Source: a virus
Lineage: Duplodnaviria; Caudoviricetes
Direction: 5' to 3' (one strand)
Virus record (IMG/VR): IMGVR_UViG_3300035685_000002
Location: 1 to 64,000 of that record
DNA length: 64,000 nt
Made by a program: the position numbers and the translations under genes. Below, in pieces: positions 29,401-44,400 of this stretch (position 1 is its first letter; the number at the start of each line of letters is the position of its first letter). The notes under the pieces are model-generated. The model was not told the origin of the DNA. It made no database searches and saw nothing but the letters and a program-made list of their open reading frames with translations.

Positions 29401-32400
29401 ATTGACGCCACTACTAAGAAGACTTGTTCCCGGACTGGGAATAGTCTTATTCCTGGTTGATACTGTCCATCTTTTATATCGAGCACTCAGCTTTTTGGAT
29501 ACAAAGTTGGGATGGACATGGCTAGACGGATTAGTCGGTGGACTGAAAACTGCGTCTGATGGTATAGATCTCGCCACATCTAAGATGCGCGGCTTTATCG
29601 TATCAGGCATAAACGGGTTGATAAGCGCAATATCAACTGGATGGACTAATGCGTTCTCATCGATAACCCAGAATTGGGAGACTTGGACAAATAGTGTTGT
29701 TGTAAGAATCGCTGTTGTTGCAAGCGCGATCGCCTCTATCCCCGATACCCTAAAGACTGCCTTCACTGGATTCCTGTCGGACTCTCAAGCAACACTAAGT
29801 TCATTTGCTGCTACTCTTCGATCCTGGTTTGCCAACCTGGGGAGAAATTTAGTCCAGTTTGTCCCTGACACCATCCGAGGCGTATTTGAGCGACTAAATC
29901 TGGCAAATTTCATACTCCTATTTACATCGTCACTACCTTTGGGTTTACTGGCTGGGCAGATCAAGCTGGAGTTCATCAAGGCAGCAGCAATGGCTCTACC
30001 GGGAATTGCTGCGGCATTAGGAATGGCAGCATTTGGTCCGCTGGTGGAGGCGATCGCACTTGCTTTGCCTGTCATTTCTTCACTACTTGTCTCTTCTGGT
30101 ATTGCAGATCGAGTAACCCAATTCTTCAGTAATGTTTTTACGCAAGCCATTGACTATGCAGTAAACAACTTGGGGCTGCAACTTCCTGATTGGCTCAAGA
30201 CAGTGGGTGCATTTACTGATGCCCTAGACCACTTCTTTCAGCAGTTGGGTCAACTAGCTCTCTCGCTTCCCACGCCTGTATTCTTTACAGCACTGTCGCC
30301 ATTTATCCTTGCGGTAATTTCTCGATTCAATGAATCCACCAAAGCATTCGAGCTGTTTATTAGCAAGGCTGGTGGTGTTGGGCGAGTAATAGGCTTAATT
30401 GGGCAGCAGTTGAAGAAATTGCTAGTACCTTTGGGTTACGTAGCTAGTATGGTCAGGGATTTCTTAACAGGTCCTCCACCAGACCTGGGTTTTATAATTC
30501 GTCCCCTGGTCGCTGCGTTTAATTATATTAAACCTTTATTACAGCCAATAATCTCGACCGTCGCTACAGTTCTGCGACCCCTGCTATCTAGTCTGGGTAT
30601 TGCGTTAGAGCCATTGCTTTCCGTATTGTCTTCTGTAGCCTCTCAAATATATGCAGTTTTAATTCCAGCGATCGCTTCCATCCAAACCAATCTCGTGGGT
30701 GTTGTTACTGCCTTTTTGGCATCCCCTGCCTTTGCAGCGCTACTACCATTCTTGAATTTAGTTGGTGGGGGAGCTATTGCAGCAGGACTCGGAGTAGCTC
30801 GTGCAGCATCGGGGGGCGCAGCAGCGGTGGCGGGAGGAGTGAAGTCTGCAATTGATATTGCAGCACCTCGATTAGTTCAGGCTGGAGATCTTAGTATTCG
30901 GCTTCTAGGAAATATTCTCAAAGCCGTTTTGCTGATTAGTCGAGGAGTAACAGGGGCGGCGATCGCGCCCCTAAATATCCTCCAAGAATTGCTTGACTTT
31001 AGCAATATTGAGAAAGTTACTCAAGCAGCAGGTCGTGTTACTCCGATAGACTTGTTGCCATTTTTTGAAGATGTTCGGCTTGGCAAGGTTCAGAAACAGA
31101 CTGGAATTCTAGTCAACAGCTTAGGACCGCTGGGAAAGACTCTTGTTCAGTTGAGATTTAGCTTTGTTGCAATCCTGGAAGTTGCGGGTGCAGTAGGACT
31201 CGGCTTGATTGCCCTGGAAGGATATCTTAAAGCGACTGGATCTGGGTTTAGCGTCTTCGGTACAGCTGCCGTTTTTGCAGCCCAAGCATTGAATGTTGCC
31301 AAGATTGCCATTTATGCATTGAGACTAGCCTGGGTATCTCTAAGGTATATTACGCTGGATTTGTCAAATAATCTCATTCCTCCTCGTCTTGCTGAAGCGA
31401 CTCCGGAATGGGTTAAGACAACATCTGCTGTATTGAAAGTTCTCAGAGATGCATTCCTACTTACGGGCAGGGTTGTATCTGCCGCCCTGTATGGAATTGT
31501 TTTTGCTCTGAAAACCGTATATTCTGCAATCGTCATCCTAGGCGTTGTTCCAGCTTTGGAAATTCTCAAGTATGGACTGATACTTGTTCGGACAGTCTTG
31601 GAGGTGGTAACGGGAGATTTTCATTCTTTGAGCAAGGGAGCCGAACTTGTTAAAACTGCAATATTGGGAATCACCACGGCGCTTTATAGCTTAAGAGACA
31701 TCTTGATTCCCATTGCTCTAATATTTGGTACGTTGCTATTTCCCCGAATTGGTCTAGTCGTGACAATTGCGGTTGAGCTGGTTAGGGGATTCAAGGATGT
31801 TCGGAATGTTTTCAACCTAACGTATCAGACCATCAAGTTCCTTGTCGGAGGACTTTACGAACTCAGGGGCGCGATTGGGATGGTTGGATTCGCGCTTTTT
31901 GCTGTGTTTAATCTAAGTTCTCCCTGGTTAATTGCCCTGTCTGCCGGGATTGGATGGGTGATTGAGTGGACTAGGGGATTCAGGGAGCTTCATCAAATAA
32001 TTGATGCGGTAAATTCTGTGATCGCTTTTCTAGATAAGTCTATTAAAGGTTTATTAGACAGTGTCTTTGCGCCTATCAGCTTTGGCCCCTTTCAGGGAAT
32101 CATTGACTTTATTAAAAACAACTGGCCTGTAATCCTGAGTGCCTTTGTTGCCTTCAATATATTTCTAACTCGCAATTTATTCGGGGGATTCCAGAAATCC
32201 TTTGGAATTGTACCTAGAGCAATAGGATTAATATCCACCAGCTTCCAAAAAATGCTTGGTGCTTTTAGTCAGATATTTCCCTTCTTTGACCGATTCCGTA
32301 GAGAAGTGGTTGTGCTTAAGAAAGAAGCGGTCTTCAATCAAGCTCAAATGTTTCAAGGAGATTATATAGGGGGTCGTCCTCGTCCCAGTATTGGGGATAG

Positions 32401-35400
32401 GGAAATGCTTGGTCGCCAACAAGAGATTGTTAAATTCCGTTCATTGCTAGAACAAGAAGCTTTGTCGGAAGCTCGTCGGCGTCATACAGAAAAACGGCTT
32501 CAAAAAACTTATAGCCATAGAACTACAGAAGGTTATCAACAGAGATTGGTTAACCCAAGGGTTGGTCCCCTAGATCCACGACGAGCATTAGATAGTTTAG
32601 AAGCTAGGACAGTTCAATTTAGTACCAAGCAAATTGAAGCGTCTAGAACCAATGTGCTGAAAGATTACCAGCGAATGAGTGCGATCGCGCAAAGAGCTGG
32701 TCTAGGAGGATTCTCACTCCCACAGTTACAGGCATTAAGTGCAAGAGAAGGTAGTGATTACTATACTCAGAAAGGAATCCTGCCTACATTAGATGCAAAA
32801 TACATCGAAATTACGGCGGGTCAGGTTGTTGTCAGCGCTAATCGAAAACAGGGGCAGCGACAAGGGATTGGATCTATAGATCAGGAGCAGTTAGGTCAGG
32901 GGGCTTATAAACAGTTCCAGGAAATAGCAAAGCTGAGTAAGCAGCTTTCGCCATTAAGTGAAGAAGACATTGGCATTCCTGGAGTCATTCAAACGATAGC
33001 TTCAAATGAAAAACTTGGCGGTAAAGCTTCTGGCATATCTGGTACGGGAAATATTTCCCAGAAAGAATTGAATAGCAATGATGTTCCTGGAGTTTTGGGA
33101 GATATTTATAGCCTGCGAACAGCAAGGGGAATAAATCCCTTAAATCTACAACAAGAAAAAAGAGTTTCAGATGTCTTGAAGCAGTTAAGTAGGCAATCTG
33201 GCAGCGTTAACCTTGACCAATTGAAAGAAGTTGCCGAACATATGCTAATCCCAGGTGCCAGGGGGCGGATGGTGCCACCAGAGTTGGTTGAATTTGAGAA
33301 GGCAATTTTAGAAGCCAAAATCCGCAGACAGGCTAGCCCCAGTACCTTTAATAGTTACGCTCCTAAAGGTTTTGCTGAGATAATTCGATTATTGCAGTCA
33401 GATAGAGACGCCCGTCAATTAATGGAAGGGCAGGGTTATAGTGAAGAATTTATTAATCAAGCCATAACAACTCTAACCAAGTCTCGTACCAAGTCTAGAG
33501 ATCCACAAATGCGTCAGTTTAATCAGCGCAAGCTGAATGAATTGATGGCTACGCTCATGGCTTCTGAGTTTTCCTTGGGAACAGTAGGTAAGGGTGATAT
33601 TGGGGAGGTTTTCTATAGATCCCCACTAGCTGATGAGCCGAGGAGGGTTGGGGCGCAAGGTGAAACAGGAGTTTCTAGTGATGCTATTTTCTCCCGCTTC
33701 TTATCTAAGCCAACTTACAAGACCACAGTAGCGCAAGTTAGAGCACAGCAAGAGTCAAGAACAAGGAATCAGTCAAGTGTCAGACAAGCGCTGAATTCCA
33801 TGTATGCTGACAAATTTGATTTCGGTAGTGTCGTGAAGAATACCGCTCCTAATAAGACAGCCAAGGCAGCTGTTAGGAATTTCTTGGTAGACCTGTCTAA
33901 AAGAACTGGATCACCCTTGGATGAATCGGAAATCGATATGCTCAAGAGTGATCTGAATAAAGCCAATACGGCTCAACAGTTTCAGGATTTTATTAAAAGG
34001 GAAATAGTCAACAAAAGACAAGGTAAGGAGTTTGGTCAGTTCATGGAACGATATCGAGCAGCTGTCTTCATGAGAGAGCAGGGGATTGTTCCAAAAGAAC
34101 GAATGAATGAACAGACCAAGAAGACTGAAACTATCTCTGTTCTTGAAACAATGGGTGAGCATTCTAAGGCTGTTACCAATTTGCAACAAGGTAACTTTGA
34201 AACCTTGGTTCGCAAATACGGTTTTGATATGGGCAATGTGGGCGCGATCGCAAATCGGAGTGGACTTGATGTTGACGAACTTTACTTTGGAGAAAAAGTA
34301 CCCAAAGCCGACAAGATGTACGCTCGCAGACTCAGGGAATCCAAGATGGAGTCTTTTGCAAAAAATGCTGGGTATTCAGGAATAGATCAGGTTCTTGAAG
34401 AAATGGCACAAGACCAATCTGGGAATATAGATCCTGGTCGCTTAAATGCAGCTAGAGAGAAATACAGGAAGGTAACAGAAGCTGATTGGGGGAACAAGAA
34501 GACAATCGAAGCTATGCAGCAGTTTAGTCGCAACATGGGTGTGGATAACAACGAATTCATGAATGCGATTCTTTCAGGTAACCTTTTGGATGAAGAAAAA
34601 AATACACCCAAAGGAATGGGTCGTAGAATAAGTCAGTTCTTCTCACTTCGTAAGAATAAATTAACCGCAGGATTGGTAAGCGGTATTTATCAGGATGCAG
34701 ACATAAGAGCAGCTCAATCTCAGATCAATAAAGGATTAGAAGCTGCTGCGAGAGATCGTGTTACGGGTCTCAATGCAATTATTACCCAGACGGGTGGATC
34801 TTTGCCGGATCTATTAAAGACACTTGATGTCAATATATCGGCGAGCGATTTTAGGAAAGAACTGAGGCTAAACCCTAGTATTACGAAGCTTAAAGATCTG
34901 CTTGGCGGAGGAGAAGTTGGTATCAAAAAATTGAAGCAGTTATCAACTGCATTGGGTACCACTACCGACAAGCTGCTGGATACTCTACAGGAAGCTTCCA
35001 ATTTAACTTATATTGAAAGATTGCAGGTTGGATTTTACACTGCCCTGAAAGAGTTTGGTTACAAAACAACAGCCGTCTTCTCTAGAATTAATAAAAATAT
35101 ACTAAGTTTTAGTTTTGGAATTCAGGGCTTCCTGGGACTAGATAGGCTTGATAATTATTACGGTAGACTCAGAAAAGTTTATAACAGGCAGCTGGAAAAA
35201 TATAATCAAAAAAATGCCAGTAACTTGAACTTTATGATTCAAGAAGCTGGTTTTGATACAGCAAAAGACTTCGTTGCTTATTTAGAGAGATCTGGGATAG
35301 ATAAAGCTGCAATAGGTAATCTCCTTAAAGGTAAAACCAAGAACATAGACGATAGATCCATAAAAGATATTGCCAGAATACTGGGATTGAGTAAGAGATC

Positions 35401-38400
35401 TGACAGCGGTGAAAATATTCCAGACACTAGCTCACTTCTAAGTTCTGAATTTACTACCAAGGCGTACAAGCCATTTCAGTCATTCTTCTCGTTTGGTCTC
35501 AAGGCAACTCTTAGTAGTAAATTTATTCGGAATAGCTTAGTTCGCTCTGTTGGTGCGGGTGTTCAAAGCGCAATTAGTTCCACAGGTTCCTTGCTTACCA
35601 GGGTAGGACAGGTAAATGTTCGAGAATCTATAGAGGCAATTGCTTCTTCGATTGAAAGGGCAGTTGCTAGATTCAATATGAGTATAGCGACTGGAGGTGG
35701 TACGCCAGCAACGGCAATGGAGCGACTAGCTAAAGAGGTTCGTCGCCAGATAGCCGTGAATCTCAATAAATTAACCCTGGTTGTCACATCCCCCCTGAAG
35801 AAACTGGCTCAAGCTGCCCCCAACAGCAAGATTAGCGAAATTGTTAACGCGGCTTATCGAAGTATTCCGGATAGGTTGCTTGCGATCGCACTCAAAGCAA
35901 GAGAACAGGCTGCGGCGCTATCAAGTTCAGGAGCCAAGTATCAAAAAACAATAGCAAGAGCTGAATTTTTCGAGAAGGCATCTCGTGGTTTTGAGAATTT
36001 CCAAAACTCATACCCAACATTACGCACGGCGATTTCCGGGATGTTCGAGTCTATGGGGACAGGATTTCGGCATCTTGGCGGTGAAATAAACTCCAAGGCT
36101 ATTGGAGTTGCCAAAAAGATCGGATTCGATGAACTCTATACCAAATTCAAACAGGCAGTTAAGAATGTCCCTGGATTTAGTGATGTAGATCGAGCAGCTC
36201 GAATTGCCACGATTCAAGGATTCTTGAAGCAGGCGCGGAAGGGAGCTGTGGCAGCTGCTCAATCTGCCGAGCAGCGAAGGGTTCAGTTTGCAGCTCCTCG
36301 GACTCTGGGTCAGGCTGGGTATAACGTTACCGATGCCGCTGGGAATCGCGCAACTCGTATTCAAGAACGGTTAAATCGTCCAGATTCCAAGTTTTCCCCG
36401 ACCGCTCGTCAGTACCTGGAAAACAAGGGATACAAAATAGAGTCCCTGTCCCCTGAACAGCAAGACCCTCAAGTAATATACGGACCATTTGTTAAAGCAT
36501 TCCGCACAATTGCTAAAGCAGCACGGGTGAGTGAAGGGTTGGTAGAAAAAGCCCTATCAAACCCGGTTGTCTATGTTTTGACTCGATGGACTGACTTGAC
36601 ATGGTTCTTTATTAAGAAACTTCCGAGTGCGATCGCATCTGGCTTTAGGCTTGCATCGAATGCAGTTGCAGCTTCGACCCGGCACATGGTAAACCTAGTT
36701 CGCGAAGCGGTTGTGCAGGTTGCTTCTCGAATTATTCAAGTGTTTCCACAGGCTGCCGGGATTATTATCGGCAGTTTGGATTTAATATCTAGAGCGTCCA
36801 GATTTGTTGGCGATGAGATAAGTCAATTCTTAAGCAATCCAGCTAATTATGTGTCCAATAGTTGGGCACGAGCAGTAAACTTCATTTCTTCTTTATGGAA
36901 CAAATTAACTGGTGCTGCAAGCAAGCTGGGTACTTGGCTTGTAAATAAACTAAACCACGGGGCCGCCGACGTTACAGCAGAAGCATGGGCGAGAACTCAA
37001 AACAGCACCGCCGAGAATATGCAACATATGGCTCAGAATGCGACTGCTGCTGGACACCAGATTGAAGGTGCGATGGTTCATGCTGCTCAATCTACCGATG
37101 AAACATTGACCCATGCCACCCGTAATCCATTAGCCGCTTTCGGTAAACTGCAACACGCTGTAATGGCGATTGGTGGACTTGGTGTTGGCTTAAGCACTAT
37201 TGGCAATAGCTTGCAGGAATCCAACCCTGCGCTTTCGGCTACGCTCACCAAGATGAGTGGCATTGTATTTGCAATTGACGCAGTAGGTGGTGCAGTATAC
37301 GCATTGCAGCAGTTTGGCGGCAATCTATTTCAGTTCTTTACAGACGAGAGTGTCCTCAATTTCCTTGGCGCAGTTAAGACCAGGATTCTAGCAACCCTAC
37401 CTGCAATTCGTGCATTCGGAGTAGCGCTAAAATCTCAATTCTTAAGCGGTGCGTTATTTACTAATCCAATATTTTTAGCGATCGCAGGTATATCCGCAGC
37501 CATCACGGCACTCTACTTTGCCTTCAAAAATAATTTTCTAGGGATTCGCGATCTGATTGCATCTGTTGCCCCCATCTTCCAAAAAGTGGCAGAGATAATT
37601 ACGGGCGCGGTTCAGAGCATCTCCAATGCTATCTCTGCGTTGACCAGCAACATGGGAACGATGATTCCCCAGATCCTATTGATTGGTGCAGTAACGGTTT
37701 CTAGCATGGATTCTTTGCCAATCAAGGAGATATTGGTTTCTAAGCTAGAAGCAACGGAAAAAGCGATTTCACCAATAGCCGCACGAATTTCTCGCAAAAT
37801 ACAAGGCGATACCCATTACACAACGCTGGGCATTAGCCCGACTGCCAAGCCTGAAGATGTTAAAGCCGCCTACCGTTCCAAGGCTAAACAGTTCCATCCA
37901 GACCTGAATCAATCAAAGGCAGCCTCTGATGAATTTATCAAAGTGAGCGAAGCTTACAGGACTCTTGCTGACGCAGAGCGCCGAGTTGCTTATGATGCGG
38001 TCGCATCCACCAAAGCAATGGGTGGCTTCACTCATTCGCTCAAGCGTTTACCAGAACTACTCTCTTCCGGTGTCACCGGGGGAATGGGTTTATTAAAGAA
38101 CTTTATTAAAGAACTGCCAGGAATTGTAGACACAGCTGGGAAGCGATCGCTTGAACTCGTTAAGTTACTAATGGGAGACGCCGTCAGTGCTGTTGCTAGC
38201 AACTTTCCCAAGCTCTACAAAGTCATTGAACGCATAGCACAGGCTATTCTTAAGAAATTTGGTCAGCTTGGAACTGGTGCCAAGAAACTTTTCAACTTCT
38301 TCGTTAACCCTACAGATGTTGCAGCTTTTGGGATGCACAGGCTAGGTGACGCAATTAGTGGGCTTTCGCCACAAGTTGGTAAGGCACTGCATGGACTAGG

Positions 38401-41400
38401 GGATCTTACGGCATGGTACGGAGATTTTATGGGTCTTCATAGCATGGTCTATGCAGGACTGAAGAAGTTTAAGCTTACTCAGCCTTTAGCTAATCTGGCG
38501 AAGACAATCGCAACATCCCATCCGTTGCTTGAGAAGTTCGCAAGATTCAGCAAGGGAATGGCTGATGATGGATTTGAGTTTCTTGCCAAGAACTATGGCG
38601 ATCGCTTCAAGAACCAAATCAGCAAGCTAAATCCTGTCCTAGCATCACTTAAGTCTAAATTTGCCGAGTTTGCAAGTTCAGTCGTCTCTGCGTTCAGTAC
38701 TCGCTGGTCGTCATTCGTGACAGTCTGGCCCGGAATGGTGGATGGAGCAGCTAAAGCGATTCAACCCAAGTTCCAGGGACTTACCAATTTCTTGACTGGA
38801 GTTGGTAATCAGATGCTACTAACCGGAACAAGCTTGACTCAGCCCTTGCTTAAGGCAGGCACAGCGGCGGCTGTACAAGCTGGCATCCTGGTTCCCTCCA
38901 ATCAGGCAATTGCCGCTAGTTATGCCGGAACTGCGGTTGCGGCAAATTCATCAAGCTTAACCATTGTTAAATCATCTGGAAGAAGTGCGATCGCAGTAGC
39001 AACTGAAGCGGGAGAAATAATTCCCCTAAACCTCTCAATGGCAGGGAGTTTTGGTGCGCTAGCTGCTGGGGTTACTACAGCAACCACTGCGGTATGGGCA
39101 TTTGTCTCGCCGTGGGTAATTGCTGTATCCACAGCTCTGGCACCTTTCCTGCCTGTAATTCTGGGTGTGATTGGTGCCGTGGCGTTGTTCGGAGTAATTT
39201 GGAGAACAAATCTGTTCGGGTTGGGATCGGCTATTAAACCTTTATTAGACTTTAGTATCGGGCTGCTCAAAATCGTTGGTGCTGCCATCTATGTCGTATC
39301 TGGGCTTTTCCTGGTTATTACTGCTGTTAAGTTGGCTGGAATGGTACTCAGGAATGTCTTTGGTCTAATTGGTAGCACAATTCACCAAACCCAGAAAACA
39401 GTTGCTGGATCTTGGTTTGGTGATTTCTTATCGAAATTAGCAGCTCCCTTTAAATTTGCCTGGAATGCGCTAAACACCCTTGCTGATGGAATTTTGGGGA
39501 TTGGGAGGGGAGGGCAAATAGTTAATGAAATACTTGAGGATATTGCCAAGCATCCCGTCCGGTTCCTGCAAACATCGTTCATGGCTATCAACTGGCTTGT
39601 CAAATCCCTTATTAAACCTTTATTACTCCTCACGACAGGTGCCTGGGGATTGGCTAAAGCATTCGGAGGCGGAGTGGTAGGAGCGATATCTTCTATCTCT
39701 GGTCTTCTTGGTGGTGTTATTAATGCCCTAGAAGCTTTGTGGACAAGTGTTGCCAGCTTCTTGCAGTCTGCATTCCAAAACACTCTTAATTATTTTGGAC
39801 AGATTGATTGGGTAGCAGTATCCACTGGAGCCACGGATGCCCTGACAGGAATTGGGATGGCAATCCTCCAGCCATTTGTCTGGGTCTATAACCAGATTGA
39901 TGCGATCGCTAAAAAGTCCACAGAAGTTTTTGATGCACTGGGAGCCAAACTTTCCAAAATTCCTGTTGTTGGGCTAGCGTTTCAAAAGGGTTTAACACCT
40001 CCCCCTACAACAGAGGCTGCACAATCTCCTTTAGTTGCAGAAGCTGCAATTCCCAGCCTCATTCAACAAACACCTACCGGAGCAGCGATATCATCGCCAG
40101 TAGTTGATGCTCAATCTCCATTAGCAGCTGCTTCTGGACAGGTGCAACAAGCATGGACTGGTTTTGGTTCTTGGTTTGGCTCATTTATGCAGAACCTGCC
40201 CGAAGATGCACAAATTGCTGGTCAAGGACTCATCTCTGCATTAAACTGCTGGCCCACGGTTGTGATTCCCCAGTCTTGGGAAAGAGCAGCTGGAGAAATT
40301 GGCGGGAGTCTGACTGGGTTAACTCAAGAAGCTGTAACTCGCGGGGAAGAGATTGCTCAGGGTATGCAACAGGCTATTGAACCCTCCCTTTTAGGTGTCT
40401 TCCAGAAAGTAAAACTTTTGAGGCAGGGATTTGACATGAAAGGTGTCCAGATGATTCTGGGTGAAGAATCTCTGGGCGACCAGTTGTCCAAACTCCAAGG
40501 CGCAACCATTGATTTCAGAAGATCTTTTGTTAATGCATTGCTCCACTTGGACTTCTCAGCCGCAGGTGAATCCCTGGCAACCTATGGGAGAGCGTGGCTA
40601 TCTACAGGTAGCGGAATACTGGGGACGGTTAAGAGCATGACCAGCTCGATGATTGCGTTTGGGATCTATTCCTTGCTGGGACTCAATCCACTGTTGCTGG
40701 TTATGGGTGGGATTGCATTGGCGGGATTGGCGATCGCATTCAACTTCCTAGGAATTCGCACGATACTTGGTGGATTAATTGGGGTTATTAAAGGTTTATT
40801 AGGTGTTTTTGTTTCGACGATTAAGTTTGCCGTTAATTTAGGACGAGCAATTGGCACTATCTGGCAAGGCATTCAGTTGATGGATTTCGACATGATCAAG
40901 GTCGGAGCTGTCAATGCTTTTAGCGCAATAACCGGATATGTCAAGGATTTGTGGCAGTCTTTGAGTCAAGGACTAGGTGGGGTACTTCAGGTATTACGCG
41001 GACTATTTGAGGGACTAGGACAAGTTGGTGGAGGGGTATTGAGCCTATTTGGAATGAAGGGAACGTGGGTTTCTGATGTATTTGGACGGATATTCTCGTT
41101 TGTAGGTAATCTTGCTAGTGCTTTTATTTCTATGGTGACCCGCCCGCAACAGGCATGGACGAGATTTAAAGAGTTACTTGACTCAATACTTGAAAAAGTC
41201 CAGCAAGTATTAGGTAAAGCGAAAGATGTGGCAACAAACGCTATGGAGGGAGTAAAAAGTTCTCCGCTGGGTCAAAGCGTTCGGATTGTTAAGAAAGTAG
41301 TCACTGGAGAATCAAGTTCAATTGGAGATGCAGTTGACCAGGTTCGATTTGAAGAACGTCTCAAGGGGAAGGAGCCTGGACTCAATCTTGGTGAACAAGT

Positions 41401-44400
41401 TACAGCAGCCAAAATAAATGCAAAGAAACGATTTGATAATGCCGTTGCTTTTACCGGGGGGCTGTTTAGGAGAAGGTCAAAAGATGAAGACTTGGTTGCG
41501 CCAGTTAATAGCTCTAGTCAGAATAATACTCCGCAAGTACCCAAACTTGGAACTGCTGGAAATCCAATAAAAATTGATCAAAACTTCCCTATTATACCCC
41601 CGGTTAAAATAGATACTCCAGATATCGATCCGCTCAATGATACCGACATTCCCCAAAAATCAACTAGTAGGATTCAGAAATTATCAGCCGCATCAGATTC
41701 TACAAGCAATGCTGTTTCCTCGCTTGGTACAGTAGTCGGAGCATTTTCCCCTCAGTTAGCTGCTCCTCTCTATGTTGCAACATCTTTATTGTCCGCTGTA
41801 AATAATCTTGGTGATGTAGCAACAAGTTCCAAAGAAGCGCTCGCGGGATTTGCGGATGCCTTCCCCGGACTTGGTAAAAGCATGAGTGAAATGGGGCAAA
41901 GGGCCAGGGATATTTACTCAGGATTCACTTCTTGGGTTGGGGGAGCTTCTATATTTGAAAAGGCATCGGGATTGATGGCAGGAGCGAATCAGTTTCTGTC
42001 TTCTAAGTTCGAGGGAGTCACTTCGTCAGCCCAAAAGCTTTGGAGACAGGTCGTTGTGAATTATCAAGCTTTCGGAGCATACGACACTGCCTCAATGCTC
42101 ATGTCGAAGACTAGTAGCTTTTTGTCCTCTAGATTCGAGGGAGTTACTTCGTCAGCTCAAAAGCTTTGGAGACAGGTCGTTGTAAACTATCAAGCTTTCG
42201 GAGTATACGACACTGGTTCGATGCTTATGTCAAGGGCTAACAGCTTTCTGTCTTCTAGTTTTGATTCCCTAAAGGCTTTTGTAGCACAAGCCTGGACTAA
42301 AGTTGCCTCATTTTATGAAGGAACACCATTAGCCGCTACTGCATCTAAGGTTATTGGAGCGGCTAACGAATTTATTTCAACTACATTTAGCAACCTCAAG
42401 TCATTCGCAAGCATGGCTTGGCAAGAGCTGGTAGCAGGATATGAGAAGAGTGGATTAGCTGCTAGTGTTTCTAAGATTATTGGAGCAGCCAATGAATTTA
42501 TTGCCAATACGTTTGGACCAGTCAAAGAATTTGCTACCAATGCTTGGCAGGCAATTGTCAAAGCATATCAAGATAGTGGATTGGCGGCTGGGGTTTCTAA
42601 AATTATCGGTGCGGCAAATGAATTTATATCTTCTACATTCAACTCTGTTAAGCAATTCGCGATAAAGGCTTGGCAAGCAATAGTTACGACTTATCAAGAG
42701 GGCGGCGTAGCCGCAGTTGGTTCCAGGGTTATCGCTGCCGCTAATGAATTTATATCAACTAGCTTTGCCAAAGTAAAAGAATTTGCTGTTCAGGCATGGA
42801 CGAGCATCGTTGCCACATACCAGAAAGGGGGGCTTGCCGCTGTTTGGGCGAAATTGATGGGTGGTGCCAATGAATTCATATCAAGTAGCTTTGCCAAGGT
42901 CAAGGCATTTGCAGTTCAAGCCTGGGCTGGCGTAGTAGCTTCGTATGAGGGCAGCGCCCTAGCGGCAATGCTATCCAATACCATTTCTAGAGCCAACGAG
43001 TTTATTTCAACCAGTTTCGCCAAGGTGAAAGAATTTGCGCTAAAAGCCTGGGCGACGATGGTCGCTACCTACCAGGAAGGGGGGATAGCTGCGGTTGGCT
43101 CTAAAATTATTGCGGTTGCCAACGAATTCATTTCAAGTAGCTTCGCCAAGGTAAAAGCATTTGCCATTCAAGCTTGGGCAAGTATTGTTGCAACGTATCA
43201 ACAAGGTGGATTTGCTGCTATAGGTTCAAAAATTATTGCGGCTGCCAATACGCTTATATCAACCAGTTTCGCTGGGCTAAAGAACTTTGCCTCTCAGGCT
43301 TGGCAATCAATTGTGTTGGGGTATCAACAAGGGAATATTGCAGCGATCGCGTCCAGCGCTATTGCCAGAGCCAACCAGCTGTTATCTGGTTCATTTGGTT
43401 CACTAAAGGACTTTGCTGGTAATGCTTGGGGTGAAATTGTTGGAGGATACAAACAGGGGCTTATAGCTACTCAAGCTCAAATTGCGCAAAAAGCAGCAGC
43501 AGCAGCTGCTGCTGCGACACAGGCAGCTGTCGAAGTTCCTGCGAATGCTGCGATCGCTGCCAGTGAGCAAGGTGTAGCTGTTGCAGCTTCTGTTGCTGGT
43601 ACGGCACAAGTTCAATCGTCGGTTGCAGGAAGTGCGGCGGCGACTACAGGGGCTGGTGTAGTTGCGAGTGCGAATACGGTAATGTCTAGTTCATTTGCCC
43701 GGTTAGGCATGGCAGCCTCTAAAGCCTGGGCGTTTATCGTTGGACCACTGCTACCTATAATAGTGATTGTTGGCGCACTCGCCTTAGTTATTGGTAGCGT
43801 CTATTTTGCATTCAAGTCCAACTTCCTGGGTTTTGGTTCGCTACTTAAAACGTTCTGGAAGTCACTGCAACAGCTAGGGAAGAGTTTGGCTACGTTATTC
43901 TCTCCCTTGATGCCGCTGTTTAAGCTGGTTGGTGGATTGATACTCCTAGTAATAGTAGGACCAATAATGCTGGTGGTTGGAGCCTTAACTCTAGCAGTTA
44001 TGGCAATTAATGCACTGGTTCAGGGAGTGATTGCGATCGCCTCAACTGCATTTAATTTCCTCTGGGGACTAATTCCACAACCGTTGAGATGGTTGATTGA
44101 GCAAGCATCTAAGGGAATTGAATTTGCAGTAAATGCCTTGTTTGGTGGAAACAAGGGTGGAGACCAAGCAACTGAAGACCTTCCGCATTTTGCAACAGGT
44201 GGTCCTGTTTCCGCAGGAAGTCCAGGTGGTTCTGTTGCTGCGATTTTGCATGATAACGAGTTTGTAATGAACCCGGATGCGACTCGTGAGAATTATGGAC
44301 TATTGCAGCTCCTTAACAGTGGGGTGCCAGCTGAAGATGCGATTCGGATGATACCCACTACACCTCCAGCTCCTGTAGCCCTACCTATGGGAACTGGAGG

